The notes: a model not told the origin generated them from the letters alone. Numbered from the stretch's first letter, positions 1 through 14,030 are shown. The stretch is 64,000 nucleotides of DNA from Octopus sinensis (GCF_006345805.1 NC_042997.1:160332001-160396000), one strand, 5' to 3'. Made by a program: numbers and translations.

Positions 1-2637
1 AGAGATTTTGGAATAAAATCTGGGCAGAAGAAAAAACACACAACGAAAAGGTCCCCTGGATTGACAGAATATCTACAGAACTGGACCCCTTAGAAGAGCA
101 AAAGTGGGAGGGTGTCAAGGTAGAAGATATAAGATCTGCTCTCAGGAGGTCAAGCAAATGGAAGTCTCCAGGAAAGGATAAAATTCCTAACTTCTGGCTG
201 AATGCCTTCCCAGAGAGCCATGAACTGCTAACAGAACTGTACAATGATGTTTTGCAACACCCTAGTAGGATGCCTCCTTGGCTAGTTAATGGGTTAACAT
301 TCCTGCTTCCAAAAAGTGAAGAAACAAATGAACCAAAAAACTATAGACCCATAACCTGCTTAACAACTATGTACAAAACACTAACATCTGTCATGACGGA
401 ATATACCTATAGTTTTTTAACAGACAGCAGCATATTCCCTAATGAACAGAAATGATGTAAACGTGGATCCTACGGCTGTAAAGACCAACTACTCATCAAT
501 AAGATGATCTTAGAAGATTGTCACAAACGACACAAAAACTTATCAATAGCCTGGATAGACTATAAAAAGGCTTTTGATAGCCTACCACATAGCTGGATTA
601 GGAAATGCCTTGAAATGTATAAGATAGCACCAACACTGCGAAACTTCTTGACTGTAAGTATGAGATCATGGAGAACCACACTAACTCTGAACAGTGACAG
701 TGAATCCCTAAATGCTGGTGATGTAAAAATTTCGTGTGGCATTTTCCAGGGTGACTCACTGTCACCACTCCTCTTTTGTTTATCCTTAATACCTCTCTCA
801 AAGCTGCTCAATGATGCGCAGTACGGGTATAAAATGTTTGATAAAAATATAAATCATCTCGTTTACATGGATGATTTAAAGCTTTTTGCAAAAATGATCA
901 ACAACTCAAGGGCTTACTAGCGATAGTCAAACAATTCAGTGACGACATCAGAATGCAATTCGGCCTCGATAAATGTGCAAAGGCTACCTTTATCAAAGGA
1001 AAAATGACAGAAACATCTAACGTTAACCTTGACCAACAGAATGTCATAAAAGAACTAGACCCAGCGGAGAGCTACAAGTACCTAGGGATAATTGAAGGGA
1101 ACGGAATAAGGCATTCAGAGATGAAGGAAAGGATCAGGAGAGAATGCTATCGAAGAGTGAGAGCAATACTCAAGACAGAGCTGAATGCAAGAAACAGGAT
1201 CGAAGCAATCAATGCATTAGCTATACTAGTCGTGACTTACAGTTTCAATATTGTTAACTGGTCAATTACTGAAATATGTCAGCTCGACAGAAAAATAAGG
1301 AAACTGTTGACAATGCATAGAATGCACCACCCTAAGGCAGATACAGAACGACTCTATCTGCCAAGAAAAGAGGGAGGTCGTGGTCTTTTGCAACTGGCAA
1401 TAACAATGAAGATTGCTACAATTGGCCTAGACACCTACCTGAAAAACTCTGAGGACTGGATGTTAAAACTTGTCTCAAAACATGAAAACAAGAAAGCATC
1501 ATACTCAGTCACAAAACAGGCAAAGGAATATCTAAGTGAATTCCGAATACAACCAATTTCGGAATTAGAGATAGATATACAAGAAACAAGCACAGAAAAA
1601 GCTAGGCGCATGAAAACCCGTGCCAAAACTGCGGCCTTAGATATTCTGAATAATAAATGGCAAGAAAAACCTCTCTATGGCAAATACCCAAAGAGAGCGA
1701 ATAATGCAGATATCGACAAAGCCCTGACCCATCAATGGCTAATGGCCTCTGGCTTAAAATCTGAAACAGAGGGGTTTATCATAGCAGCTCAAGATGAATG
1801 CCTACCAACAAGAAACTACCAGGCCAACATATTAAAGATCAGAAGCAGTCCAACGTGTCGTGTATGCAAGCAACAAAATGAAACCATTGACCATGTGGTC
1901 TCCAAGTGCAGTCTTCTAGCGCCTACAGAGTATCTCAACAGGCACGATAGAGCTGCACAATATATTCACTGGGTAATCTGTAAAAACCTGGATTTGCCCC
2001 ATGAAAAAAACTGGTGGGAACACAAACCACCCCCAGTGCTTGAAAATGACCACATCTCACTCCTCTGGAACTTCACCATTCAAACTGACAGGAAGATAGA
2101 TGCAAATAGGCCAGACATCATATTGAAAAACTTCAAACAAAGAACATGCCTCCTCATTGATATGACTGTCCCAATCGATATAAACGTATCTGTCAAGACC
2201 TACTAAAAACTGAGCAAATATAAAGATCTTGAAATAGAAATCAGCAAAATGTGGAAGCTGAAGACTAAAACAATACGTGTTGTCATAGGTGCCCTGGGAA
2301 TGATAGCAAAAGGGGCTGATAGCTACCTAACTCAGATACCAGGAAACCCAAAAATGGCAGAAGTTCAAAAGATAGTGCTCATGGGAACTGCTCATATCCT
2401 ACGCAAAATACTCTCTATGTAATCTCAAGGTTTAAAACAAACATAATTTTCGGTTTAAAAAAAAAAAAAAAAAAAAAACTTTTTTTTTAGACATTCATTA
2501 GTACAACATCCCCACCCCCCAAATATATGGCACACTAGGCATAACAACAACATGAACTTCCAACCCTGTTGTCTCTTGAGGTCTCTGGGTGAGACTTGGA
2601 GCCAACTTGTACAAATATAAAGCAAAAGTCAAACATA

Positions 2638-2640
<3 letters not shown>
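1..2640 (+). mobile_element. R4/Dong-clade non-LTR retrotransposon (RT-CCHC-RLE); 5' part lies outside the window; mildly disrupted
   Basis: RT motifs [39 protein letters not shown]. Zinc knuckle CRVC..ETIDHVVSKC, RHD, and endonuclease RPDII..LID. Stop at ~453, frameshift at ~895, stop at 2204. The 3' UTR runs into (TAA)n at 2641-2697. Confidence 0.95.
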
Positions 2641-2697
<57 letters not shown>

Positions 2698-2698
<1 letters not shown>

Positions 2699-3276
2699 TT
2701 AACTTTGCCCTGATGCAGTACCAAGCAGTGGCTCTCATGGCTTCTGATCTTAACTTTGCCCTGATGCAGTACCAGGCAGTGGCTCTCATGGCTTCTGATC
2801 TTAACTGATTGGAAGTGTTATCATGTACATTGTTTTGTCTTGGTATAAAAGATGGGCTACAGCAAATATTCTGCTCAATACCACAGATTTGCTTGTCAGT
2901 TGTTTGACCTTAACCAGTTGAGCATGTCCCTTAGTGGCTGTCGATACGTGCATCTCTGATCGCGAGCAGAAGTAGTGGGGGAGCATCATGTGTTGAGAGG
3001 GATTCTTTGGAGTTTGAATAATTCGCCTCTGGAAACATAGGTGTTTCGTTCAACATCCTAAAGCAACCCTTATTCAGGAACTTTTTGAGCAGGATGGGCT
3101 ACTCGACCTGAAGAAAATTCTAACTGGGCCCCACCTGCAAGGTCATGTGCTGTTTATCTTGATATGAGATCACCATGTCGCGCACATATGATTGTGATGC
3201 ATGTGCCTGGTGTATCTTTATCAGACGGGTAGTCATGATGGGTATACTGGGCTTCGTATATTTTACCCCAGTGTCA
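2698..3276 (+). mobile_element. Non-coding ~560-bp SINE-like element in (TAA)n, with a 52-bp tandem duplication at its 5' end
   Basis: Near-identical reverse-complement copy at 13090-13648 and 3'-end pieces at 4915-4990 and 54871-54948. All abut TAA/TTA repeats. Confidence 0.8.
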
Positions 3277-3297
3277 ATAATAATAATAATAATAATT

Positions 3298-3342
<45 letters not shown>

Positions 3343-3436
3343 GTGGTAGTGGTGCTAGTGGTGGTGGTGGAGGTGGTGGTGGTGGTGGTGGTGGTGGTGG
3401 TGATGATGATGATGGTGATGATGATGATGATGATGA

Positions 3437-4085
3437 CGGGCAAACTGGCATGTTCTGCGGAGTATGGTTCATGAGCAGGCTGAAACAGTGGACCACATCT
3501 TAAATGGATGCACAGCGCTTGCAAAACCCGAACATATTCATAGACTTGATAGGGTAATGCAATATATCCATTGGAAGATATGTAAACACTACCAGCTTCC
3601 AACTTCAGAAAGATGGTACCAGCATAAACCTGAAACTGTGACTGGAAAAGATGATGTAAAAGTACTCTGGGACATGCTAATCAACACCTATATAGAAATC
3701 AAGGCAAACAAGCCAGACAAAATCATCAAAGATGGGAAGAATAAGAAATGCTTAATGATACAGTACCATCAGAGAGAAATGTGTCCATTAAAGAAGTTGA
3801 GAAGCTATTTAAGGACAAAGACCTAGAAATAGAAGTGACTAAGATGTGGGGAATGAAAAGCAGCACAGCAGCAGTGGAGATTGGAACGTTAGGGCTAATT
3901 AAAAGGGCCTTGATAAGCAGCTCAACAAACTCCCTTGCAGTGTTAACGTGGGAGAATATAAAAAAATAGTGTTGCTAGGTTCCGCACATATTTTACGCCA
4001 TGTTCTCTCCATGATATGCGGATCTGCAGTGACCTTAGTGTCAAGGGATGACCCCCGGTTCAGCAGAAGACAGCGGACCATATTT
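3437..4085 (+). mobile_element. Degenerate 3' fragment of an R4/Dong-like element
   Basis: ETVDHILNGC, HRLDRVMQYIHW, ANKPDKII and KDLEIEVTKMW motifs, with frameshifts. Confidence 0.85.
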
Positions 4086-4319
4086 TATTTAAAATAATAA
4101 TAATAATCATCACCATCAACACCACCACCACCATCACAATCATCATCATCATCATCATCATCATCGTCATCATCATCGTCGTCATTATCATCGTCGTCAT
4201 TATCATCATCATCTTCATCATCACCATCATCATCAGTTTTATTATTACTTACTATTATTAGTATTAATATCATTGTTATTATCATTATCATTATAATTAT
4301 TATCATTATTTTCATATAC

Positions 4320-4775
4320 ACTCAACAGATTTGACTGTTGGAAAAGAATCCTGATATCTGGCTACAAAAAGTAACCTTAGATTCCAAGAACCCTCCTCAG
4401 GATCCTAGATGTCCCTTATAACACTGTTTTCTTGAACTGTACTAAACTGGGTTTTAAGCTTGTTTATTTTATCCATCCTTTCAGGTCTTTAGTGATAGTT
4501 CCCAGTGGACCTATAACCACTGTGATACATTTTACCCCCACTTTCCATAATCTCTGTAATTTGATAGCTAGGGCCTGGTACGTTGCTATTTTTTCTATAC
4601 TTTTCCTATTAATGTTTTCATCATTTGGTACTGTAACGTCAAGTATCTGGCATATTCTATTCTCTTTATCTACTACGAAATCAGGCCTTCTAGCTTCTAT
4701 TATTTTGTCAGTCTCAATGTTGAAGTCCCAGAAAATCGACCTCATGAGCAAAGCGGTTTTCTTCATTACAGTAAT
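4320..4775 (-). mobile_element. 3' (RLE) fragment of an R4-like element
   Basis: IFWDFNIETDKIIEARRPDFVV..ILDVTVP..EKIATY..VVIGPLG. Confidence 0.85.
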
Positions 4776-4990
4776 TCCAGTTCAATATAAATCTAGCTAG
4801 AAAGCAATATTTTGAGAAGACAAACAAAAACAAAAAAAAATGGAGCAAGGGAATAATTTTAACTAACTTTCTTTGCCTCATGGCAAAGCACTCTTTTCAT
4901 TATAGTAGTTCCAGTTCATGATGGGTATACTGAGCTTTGTATATTTCACCCCAGTATCACTTTGGTGCCATGCACTGCTCTCTCACTCAA

Positions 4991-5036
4991 TATTAATAAT
5001 ATTAATAATAGTAATAATAACAACAACAACAACAAC

Positions 5037-5069
<33 letters not shown>

Positions 5070-5296
5070 GAAGTAGTAGTAGTAGTAGCAGTAGTAGCAG
5101 TAGTAGTAGTAGTAGTAGTAGAAGAAGAAGAAGAAGAAGAAGAAGAAGAAGAAGAGAAGAAGAAGAAGAAGAAGAAGAAGAAGAAGAAGAAGAAGAAGAA
5201 GAAGAAGAAGAAGAAGAAGAAGAAGAAGAAGAAGAAGAAGAAGCAGAAGAAGAAGAAGAAGAAGAAGGAGGAGGAGGAGGAGAAGGAGAAGAAGAA
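4991..5296. repeat. Compound trinucleotide microsatellite (TAA/CAA/TAG/GAA/GAG)
   Basis: Directly visible. Confidence 0.95.
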
Positions 5297-5299
5297 GGC

Positions 5300-6850
5300 T
5301 TGAGAATCAAATTGTGCAGCTCAAAAGAGTTTTAGGATGGATAAATACAATGATAAAAAGGAGAGGTTGAAAGAAAGGCTCAGGAAAGGACGGCAAAGAA
5401 TCAGCAAAAGTCATAAGGGACAGTAAACAGTTAGAGAACGAGAACAAAGAAACCAAATCAGAGAAGGAGAAAAAATTATAGATGCCAACAGAGAACACAT
5501 CAGTGACAGAAGAATAGGCTCTTCAAGAACAATGGACGAAAAATTCTATAAAACAACTGAACAAAGAAAAAGTATATTAGGGAAACGATATGCCAGATGC
5601 TTCAACAGCAAGAAAATTCTGGGCAGAAATCTGACTGTTAAGGGATTTCAAAGAGAAATGGAAGGTGGGAGGGCACAAGGAAATATATCTATCACGGATA
5701 AGAGACTAAAGGGTATGTTGAAGAAAATACCAAACTGAAAACATCCCGAGACAGATGGTTTCCGTTGTTTCTGGCTTAAAACTTTACAAGTATAACACCT
5801 ATATACGACCATATTTTATTCATTACATAAAAAATGTAACACCAGCATGGATGACAAAAGGAAAGAGAGTACTGATCTAGAATGACAAAGAAAAGAGAGG
5901 GGAAGTCAGCAATTATTGACCTATTATTTGCTTACCACTGCTTAGGAAAGGAACATTAAGTGGCCTCACAGCGGATGTAGTATATAAATAAAAGTGAATA
6001 TATTGCCAGAGAACAAAAAGAATGCAGAAAGAAATCAAATTTAACTGCTGATCTAATATATATATATGGTTTAACTATCTTCAGACAATATTAGCATCAA
6101 CTGTGTTATTGTCTAAGGTGACTCACTTTCACCTCAAATTTTTGTGCAGAAAATTGCTCTCGGCCTCATGCATGATACCCAGGTTGAGCGACCTTGGGAG
6201 AATGCGGCAACTCTTGTTAAAAACAGGTGAGATTAGCTGCAAAAAAGAGCACCAGCCATCGTCTGATAGGTGGGAGGAGAAACAGCTCCATGGCAAATAT
6301 GTGACCCATAGCAAGCAAGGAACGTTTGATCGGAAGCTACCCATTAGTGGCTACGGATTTCAGGGCCAAAAGCAGAGAGTAAGGCTTCATCTTAGCTACT
6401 CAAGATCAAAGCATATCTACCAAACTACCAAACCAATGTGATGAAGAATATAGTAGATCCAAAATGCCTACTCTGCAATGATGTGATTGAAACAGTGGAC
6501 TACCTCAGCTCTGGATGTAATGTCTTAGCACCGAAGAGTACAAATCAACACATGACAGACTTGGCTAGTATCTACATTGGTTGACATGTCGGCATAATAA
6601 AATCAAAACTGCCTACAGTTGTGACTGAGGGAGAAAATGTAACGATTCTTGGGGACCTTTCAGTATAAACAGACCGAACCATCATAGCTAATAAAGCGGA
6701 TATTGTAGAAGACAAAAACAATGATGTCTGTTTATTGATCGACATGAGCATTCCCTGTGATAATATCTCGGAAAAAAAATTCGCCAAGCTCAGTAAATAT
6801 AAAGGTTTGCTCATTGAAATTGAAAATATGGTATCTCAAGGCGGTTACCT
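5300..6850 (+). mobile_element. Two or more decayed R4/Dong fragments (pre-RT region, then CCHC/RLE region)
   Basis: KKIPN*K..FWLK and NY*PIICLP remnants at 5720-5940. RWEEKQLHGKYV and ANKADIV..LIDMSIPCD..KLSKYK resemble the element at 49722-54856. Confidence 0.7.
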
Positions 6851-6925
6851 TCGAACGACTTTTCCAAAAGTTTTGATATTCAAACTTTTTGCCACTCTGC
6901 TTTTAATAAGAAGGAAGTATTATTT

Positions 6926-7010
<85 letters not shown>

Positions 7011-7067
7011 AGAGAGAGAGAGAGAGAGAGAGAGATGTTGGTCATATAAACATGTAATAATATGATA

Positions 7068-7441
7068 TCTCTCTCTATATAAACGGCAGTTTGTCTGTGT
7101 GTGTTTCTGTGTGTCTGTTTGGTTGTATCCTCACCCTGACCACGGCTTTCAACCGATTCTGATGAAACTTGACACACACATAGCCCAATGTCATAATTCA
7201 GCGAAAATTTTGAAAAGTTCCCCCAGTTCTGAAAAGAATCGATAAATTCGACATGGGGTCGAGAATCAGAAACCCAAACCACAGACTGTCTAGGGGACGC
7301 AACTCGACCTTTTTTAACTCTCAAAAAAATGTTACCATCATTTTTTTTCCATTTTTTTGCTATTTTTTGGCTATAACTCTCTAAAAATGCTTTATAGTTA
7401 TTTCCCTTACAAACCTGAGCAACGCCGGACGATACTGCTAG
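7068..7441 (+). mobile_element. Non-autonomous Helitron-like element
   Basis: Starts A|TC-tctctatataaa, followed by (TGTC/TG)-rich sequence. Ends with a GC-rich subterminal motif (ctgagcaacgccgga) and CTAG|T. Confidence 0.7.
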
Positions 7442-8454
7442 TTAGGGATAAATATGAATAGCGTTCCATCCGTAGATTATTCTTCCTTTTATTAAATTTT
7501 GTTTAAAAACACGTTATTCCGGGGAGCCCTAGCATTTTTCAAATAGCCATACTGGGAGAAACACTGATTTAAAGCAGTCATCAGCGAAACGCCCTCTACA
7601 TCCAATATGTTTTGTGATATTTGATGCTGCTGCAATATTTTTTTATATATTACCAGTTATTGTATATGATAATTAACTATTTTCTATTGAAAGCCTCGAA
7701 GTAATTTATAGAAACAAACATGTTTTCTTAAGAAATATAAAGCTACATGTCACTTAACATATAAATCTGAGACACACAATGCTTATAGATAACACATGTG
7801 CATAGACGGGCACTATATTTACACATGCACAGTACAAACAGAAATGTAGCCCCTATGTGGTTGATAGACATCTTGGAAATAACTAAATCGCTTTCAAACA
7901 AACATCCTGCTGCCTTAGGAAAAAATGACGAGGTTAGGTAGACAAAGATACGTTAGAGATTTAATATAAGTTGACATGACTACTGATTAAATAACTTTAA
8001 GAATAATTATTTCAGGACATGTGTAACAAGATCCAAAACATGACCCTTTATGTCGTCAATTCATCGATAAGCAATTGCAGCAGCAGGAATAGTTCCACAA
8101 ATTGGTAGGAATTTCACAAATTTTTGGTAAAATCAATTTGGCAAAATTCCACAACTCTTTTTGAAGTAAGACATGCCCCCAAAACAACGATTCTTATAGC
8201 TAAGTGAGTCTCTTAGCGTGACTGCAGGCAGAGAAATGTCTGGGATCCAGTGAGGATGTCTTATTTGCAAAAAGAAAAAAGTTTCAAATAACAAAACCCC
8301 ATTAACTAAAAAAAAAACAGATGCCTACCTTACATTCGCGTTTTCAACTTTCTTTACTTCAAGACCGCTGCGAAAATGTCTTGACAGCATTCAGTGTAAA
8401 AACAACACTGACTCTCACTCACCCACCCACTTAGTAACCAGAGTTGGTTTGTTT

Positions 8455-8605
8455 TAATCTCTGTAACTTAGCAGTTTGGCAAACATTACCAATAGAATAA
8501 GTATAAGACTTAAAGGAAACACTGGGATTGCTTTGTTTGAGTAAGCCTTTCAAGGTCGTACCTCAGCTTGGTCACAGTCAACTGACTGAAACAAGAGAAA
8601 TATAA
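8455..8605 (+). mobile_element. SINE 3' fragment
   Basis: Resembles the reverse complement of part of the SINE at 37805-38120 (cttagc.gtt.ggca, atagaataag). Confidence 0.5.
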
Positions 8606-8978
8606 AAGATAGCACATCAAGGATATCCAAGGGAAACAGCAAAGCCTGGTACGCTAGATGTTGCCCAATTAATGTCAAACACAAGTGCCATATCACTCCA
8701 GCTCCTAATATGTAGGCAGTGATATGACACCCAGTTAATGATTGATATTTTTTTATTGAACCGTGAAGGATACAAGATGAAGCAGATCTCAGCAAAATCT
8801 GAACACAACATAAAGTTGCAGCACTTGTTCATGTTGCCATTTCTCTAGGGCTTCCGATAGCATCTTCAATTTTAAAAAGACACACATGTAAGACGCCTTT
8901 CCTACAAGTATGTTTATCAAAGGTTGAAAGAAAATTAATATTATGCATAACACACACAAAGTATAGAAAACTACTCAC

Positions 8979-9327
8979 GGGTTTGTAACAGGATGTAAAT
9001 ACTGTTTGCAGGAATATCAATGAATGATGAGGCACCAGGTATTTGCTTGAGTTTACGCAGGATACATACTTTCTCGGAAACGCTGTAAATAAGCATACCA
9101 CATTTGGAATATGTCGCACAAAGAGACAAGCACTCAGTTTGTGATTGGATGTTTGACATCTTAATCAACTTGTCAGCTTCTGGAATGGCAGTTACAGGAG
9201 GTGGAAGATAAGTCCCATAATATTCCCTGCTAGCTACATCACTGCCCACGCATACTAATAGCACTGAGAATGTAATTACGTGAAGATTTCCTCTTCGAAT
9301 ATCGTGACTCACTGGGAAGTAATTCAT
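8979..9327 (-). CDS. Probable first coding exon of a secreted PAN/Apple-domain protein
   Basis: ATG at 9327 and hydrophobic signal-like segment LHVITFSVLLVCVGS. PAN-like cysteine pattern ECLSLCATYSKCGMLIYSVSEKVCIL. The exon ends at a consensus donor CCC|GTGAGT; 349 nt gives phase 1. Non-repetitive composition. Confidence 0.7.
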
Positions 9328-9734
9328 ATTTCTTTATTATATTGTGATAAATAGCACTTCACACGGTTTCCGAGTAAGAGAATGATTGTCACTTCTCGCA
9401 CAGAATAAACTTTCTGTTCCTTGAATAATCGTCTCGTTTTTGTTTCTTGCTTTCTATGTTTTAAAATTGAAGTGAAAATGTTTCCGAAAACAAATTAAAA
9501 GGCGTGATACTGACTAGTAACTACTTCAAAACGCTGTGCAATATATACGCGCCTGTGTGTGTGTGTGCGTGCGTTTACGAGTGCGTGCGTATGTGTGTAT
9601 GCGTGCTTAGGTGTGTGTCTGCATGTATACGTACCTACAAGTTTATACTTGCAGTGTAGAGTGGTGTTGACAGATGAATTATCTTTCGCTCTTTAAACAC
9701 AAATGCACACAAAAGCATACTCATTTATGCGCAC

Positions 9735-9855
<121 letters not shown>

Positions 9856-9875
9856 CATACATATATACATATATT

Positions 9876-10039
<164 letters not shown>

Positions 10040-10189
10040 TATATATAAAAGGAGCAAAAATGCTGCAGAATCAGTATACACTACGTGGTAGCATTAGGAA
10101 GCGAAAATATGTAGGAAATATATATAAGAGGGGAAGATAAAGAGAAGTGCCTTGTGAAGTAATTACATTGTGAAGTAATCATTCCTTAA

Positions 10190-11320
10190 GTCAAAGGAAT
10201 CACGCCATTTTGGTTTTCTTGAAAAGTAAGAATGCATGGAGATAGTGGATAAAGGGAGGCAAGAGGGGACAACTAACTCCTCAGCATTATTGAATAGTGG
10301 TAAATAAATTTGATTTTGAAATAGGAATGTGTAGGGATCAGGTGGTCAAGTTTGTATATGAAGGTGTACTTTTATATGAACAGGTTTCCCTTGTTTAGGC
10401 GTGCTTGTAAGGAGATTGAATTTTTGCATTGTTATAATGGAAAAATATGGAAATTCGGTATTTTATTTCTTTCGCATCTGTCAATATATTCGCTCAGAGC
10501 TATCTGCCTCTATTAAGGAAAACGAATCTGTTCTTTATTCAGCGTAACTCTGCGTCTCAAAGTAAGGCTCGTTTGGCTCACATAATTGTGGTCACAACCT
10601 GAGCAGGTTAGAACATAAATTAGATTCTGGGAGGTACATGTGGAGTTGGTCTTAATTGAAAATTTCTCTCCTTGCTGGAGTGTCAATTATGAGCCTCCAG
10701 GGCATGAACCACAATTAGGTCGTCTGCATTTGTTAACTGTTGGTATCGTATGAGTTGAGTACAGCTTTGCATTTGTTAGGTGTCTCTTAAGTGATTTGTG
10801 TTGTCTTTTGCATTTGAGGAGTTTATGTGTATTCAGTATGTTGTTCATTTTCGGGTCTTGAGTGCGCAAAAGGAGATTTTGTACAATTGTTTTGTATGCT
10901 TTATTGACTCTGGGGTTGTGGGTTGATATGTGTGGGAGTGATTTAAAGTGAGGTGTGGTGTTTTGTTTTGTTGTCCTTAGTGTGTTTGTGTCCAATATTT
11001 TGGCACGTTTAATTCTATGGTCTATAAGTGCGGGTGGGTATTGACGTTCAATGAGTGTTATTTTGAGGTTTTGTAGGCGAAGTTTCCGAGTCGTTGTATC
11101 AGATAGAGTTGTACAGATCCTTTTTGATAGATTGAATGGGATATTTATTTTGGTGTGTTTAGGATGGCATCAGCTGAAAAGGAGATACTGTTTTGAGTCT
11201 CTTGGTTTGTGGTAGATGTCGGTTGCAATTTGGTTGATGGATTTTTTTATAATCAAAATGTGCAGAAATGGGAGCTGTTCATTGCCATATTCCATCGTAA
11301 ATTGAATATTGGAGTTTATA
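10190..11320 (-). mobile_element. Penelope-like element fragment (RT thumb + GIY-YIG), decayed
   Basis: IQFTMEYGNEQLPFL, KCRRPNCGSC and TCSGCDHNYVSQT motifs on the minus strand. Confidence 0.8.
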
Positions 11321-11610
11321 ATGATCGTTATTTAAAATACTGATCACATCAAGTGGCCAGCATGGGAATAAAAACCTTATAGGTAGTAGTTATTATCAAA
11401 ATTATAATTAAGGGTATCTAAAAAATACCACCATGCTAGAGATAGCAGTCAAAACTTGACTCTAAAACCATATCAAGTATTCCTAGAGTACCAGGTGAAA
11501 GGTCAAATAGACAAATAGCTAAATAAATTGTGCTGATATACGCGTATGTATATGTACGAGTATATACGTATACATTTGTTTATATGTGCATGTATATATG
11601 TATATATATG

Positions 11611-11701
<91 letters not shown>

Positions 11702-11939
11702 GTATATATATGTATATATATGTATACATATATAGTGTACATGTATCGAGGTGATGAGTTATAGATATTAGTGAAGATGCCATATAGTACAAAATAAATT
11801 AATTAAATAAAAATAAAATTAAAAAACAAAAAAATAGAAATAACCTAAAATAATAAGGGTAAAGAAAGAAGATAAGTAGGATAAAAATAAAATAATGGAA
11901 CTGAAAGAAAAGATGTATATATGTAGAATATTGTTTTTT

Positions 11940-12212
11940 ATGCGCCCTTTTCAAGCCTAGCCAGGCTCATGGGCCCGGTTTCCCGGTTTTTATGGCGTAT
12001 GTGTTCCCCCCAGTTGGACGGGAAGCCAGTCCATCGCTGCGTTACTCAAGAAACAGGAAGAAAGAATCAGAGAAAGTCAGTGTCATGCCGGAGCCACGTG
12101 GTGCTTTAGGTGTTTTCTCTCAATAGACACACACAACGACCACTCTGGGAATCGAAACTGTGATCCTCCGACCGCGAGTCCGTTTCCCTAACCGCTGGGC
12201 CATTGCGCCTCC
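11940..12212 (-). mobile_element. tRNA-derived SINE
   Basis: Minus strand GGAGGCGCAATGGCCCAGCGGTTAGGG (A box) ... GTTTCGATTCCC (B box). A related head lies at 34330-34386. Confidence 0.8.
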
Positions 12213-12615
12213 ACAAATGTAGAATACATATAGCATAAGATGTAAATAAAAAGATAAGTAATACTACTTAAATATGCAAGGGAAAATAATTATATAATGA
12301 AATAAATTAAGGATAGATTAGATGATAAAATTTATTATTCATTTATTATCTCTATTGGTTTGTTAATAGATACGGTTCAGGAAAGCTACAGATGAGTAGC
12401 GATCTCATCAATATGCGTCATATTTAAAATCAAGTATAGATGAAAGTTTGAAAAATTGATCGTTATAGTATGTATTTTCTAATACTTATAAATCGTTATT
12501 CATCAATATATAAAAAAATACATATTCAAATTAAAACGTTTACACATTGGCATATGTATATATATATATATTATATATATATATATATACATACTCACAA
12601 GTATTTATCTGCATA

Positions 12616-12661
<46 letters not shown>

Positions 12662-12683
12662 CTCACAAGTATTTATCTGCATA

Positions 12684-12729
<46 letters not shown>

Positions 12730-12734
12730 AGTAT

Positions 12735-12878
12735 TGGAAAATACCTTAGGAATGAGCACCCAGGTTCGAAATTACCCCAAGACACCTGATGAAGGTTGGA
12801 GGGTATATCAGTCGATATGTTGTGTTAACAACAAACAAGATGAGGACAAATAATCGTCAAATGTAAATAATGTAAATA
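12735..12878 (+). ncRNA. Hammerhead-containing repeat module, copy A (decayed core)
   Basis: GACAC-CTGATGA-A-GGTTG..CAGTC-GATAT-GTT-GTGTT at 12781-12826. Homologous to 18518-18684. Confidence 0.65.
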
Positions 12879-12976
12879 TTGCATACTTTGTTATTTTGTA
12901 TTGTTGTTATTGGATTAGCGAAACAATTACGAGAACGTTATATATATATATATATTATATATATATATATTATATA

Positions 12977-13050
<74 letters not shown>

Positions 13051-13089
13051 TATATATTATATTATTATTACTATTATTAATATTATTAA

Positions 13090-13648
13090 TATTGAGTGAG
13101 AGAGCAGTGCATGCCATCAAAGTGACACTGGGGTAAAATATACGAAGCCCAGCATACCCATCATGACTACCCGTCTGATAAAGGTACACCAGGCACATGC
13201 ATCACAACCATATGTGCGCGACATGGTGATCTCGTATCAAGATAAACAGCACATGACCTTGCAGGTGGGGCCCAGTTAGAATTTTCTTCGGGTTGAGTAG
13301 CCCATCCCGCTCAAAAGGTCCCTGAATAAGGATTGTTTAAGGATGTTGAAAGAACCACCCATGTTTCCAGAGGTGAATTATTCAAACCCCAAAGAATCCC
13401 TCTCAACACATGGCTATGATGCTCCCCCATTACTTCTGCTCGTGATCAGAGATGCACATATCGTCAGCCACTAAGGGACATGCTCAACTGGTTAAGGTCA
13501 AACAACTGACAAGCAAATCTGTGGTATTGAGCAGAATATTTGCTGTAGCCCATCTTTTATAACAAGACAAAACAATGTACATGATAACACTTCCAATCAG
13601 TTAAGATCAGAAGCCATGAGAGCCACTGCCTGGTACTGCATCAGGGCA
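13090..13648 (-). mobile_element. Second, complete copy of the ~560-bp (TAA)n-associated SINE-like element
   Basis: Reverse complement of 2757-3276. Flanked on both sides by TTA repeats. Confidence 0.85.
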
Positions 13649-13658
13649 TTTATTATTA

Positions 13659-13700
<42 letters not shown>

Positions 13701-13877
13701 AATAGATATAGAACACCACTGAAAAATGCGAAAACCAAAAGAAGCAGCACATATGTTAGGACAAACAACCTCCTAAGCAGACCGAGTGCAGATATGAGTT
13801 GCATATGGGAATCGGTATTAAGGAAGGATAGAAGATATTAAATTTATAAGCCCTAAAATTCACTCGATACTTGTCCA

Positions 13878-13950
13878 CGTGTGGTGTAGGGGTTAAGAGC
13901 GCGGGCTACTAACCTCAAGATTCTGAGTTCGATTCCAGGCAGTGACCTGA
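13878..13950 (+). mobile_element. tRNA-derived SINE head (Pol III A and B boxes)
   Basis: TGGTGTAGGGGTTAAGAGC (A box/D arm), GGGCTACTAACCTC (anticodon-like arm), GAGTTCGATTCC (B box). Followed by (TAA)n. Confidence 0.75.
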
Positions 13951-13971
13951 ATAATAATAATAATAATAAAG

Positions 13972-14030
<59 letters not shown>

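Noticed and set aside
2706-2800. U2 snRNA similarity (TGCAGTACC) or a ribozyme at the 5' end of the SINE-like element
   Set aside because: The match is only 9 nt. CTGATGC lacks the A9/GAAA partners, and no HDV P1 pairing could be built.
12590-12690. 30-bp duplication ATACTCACAAGTATTTATCTGCATAATCAT
   Set aside because: Simple slippage between flanking (AT)n tracts.
13878-13950. Functional tRNA gene
   Set aside because: The acceptor and anticodon stems do not pair properly and there is no poly-T terminator. It is a SINE head.
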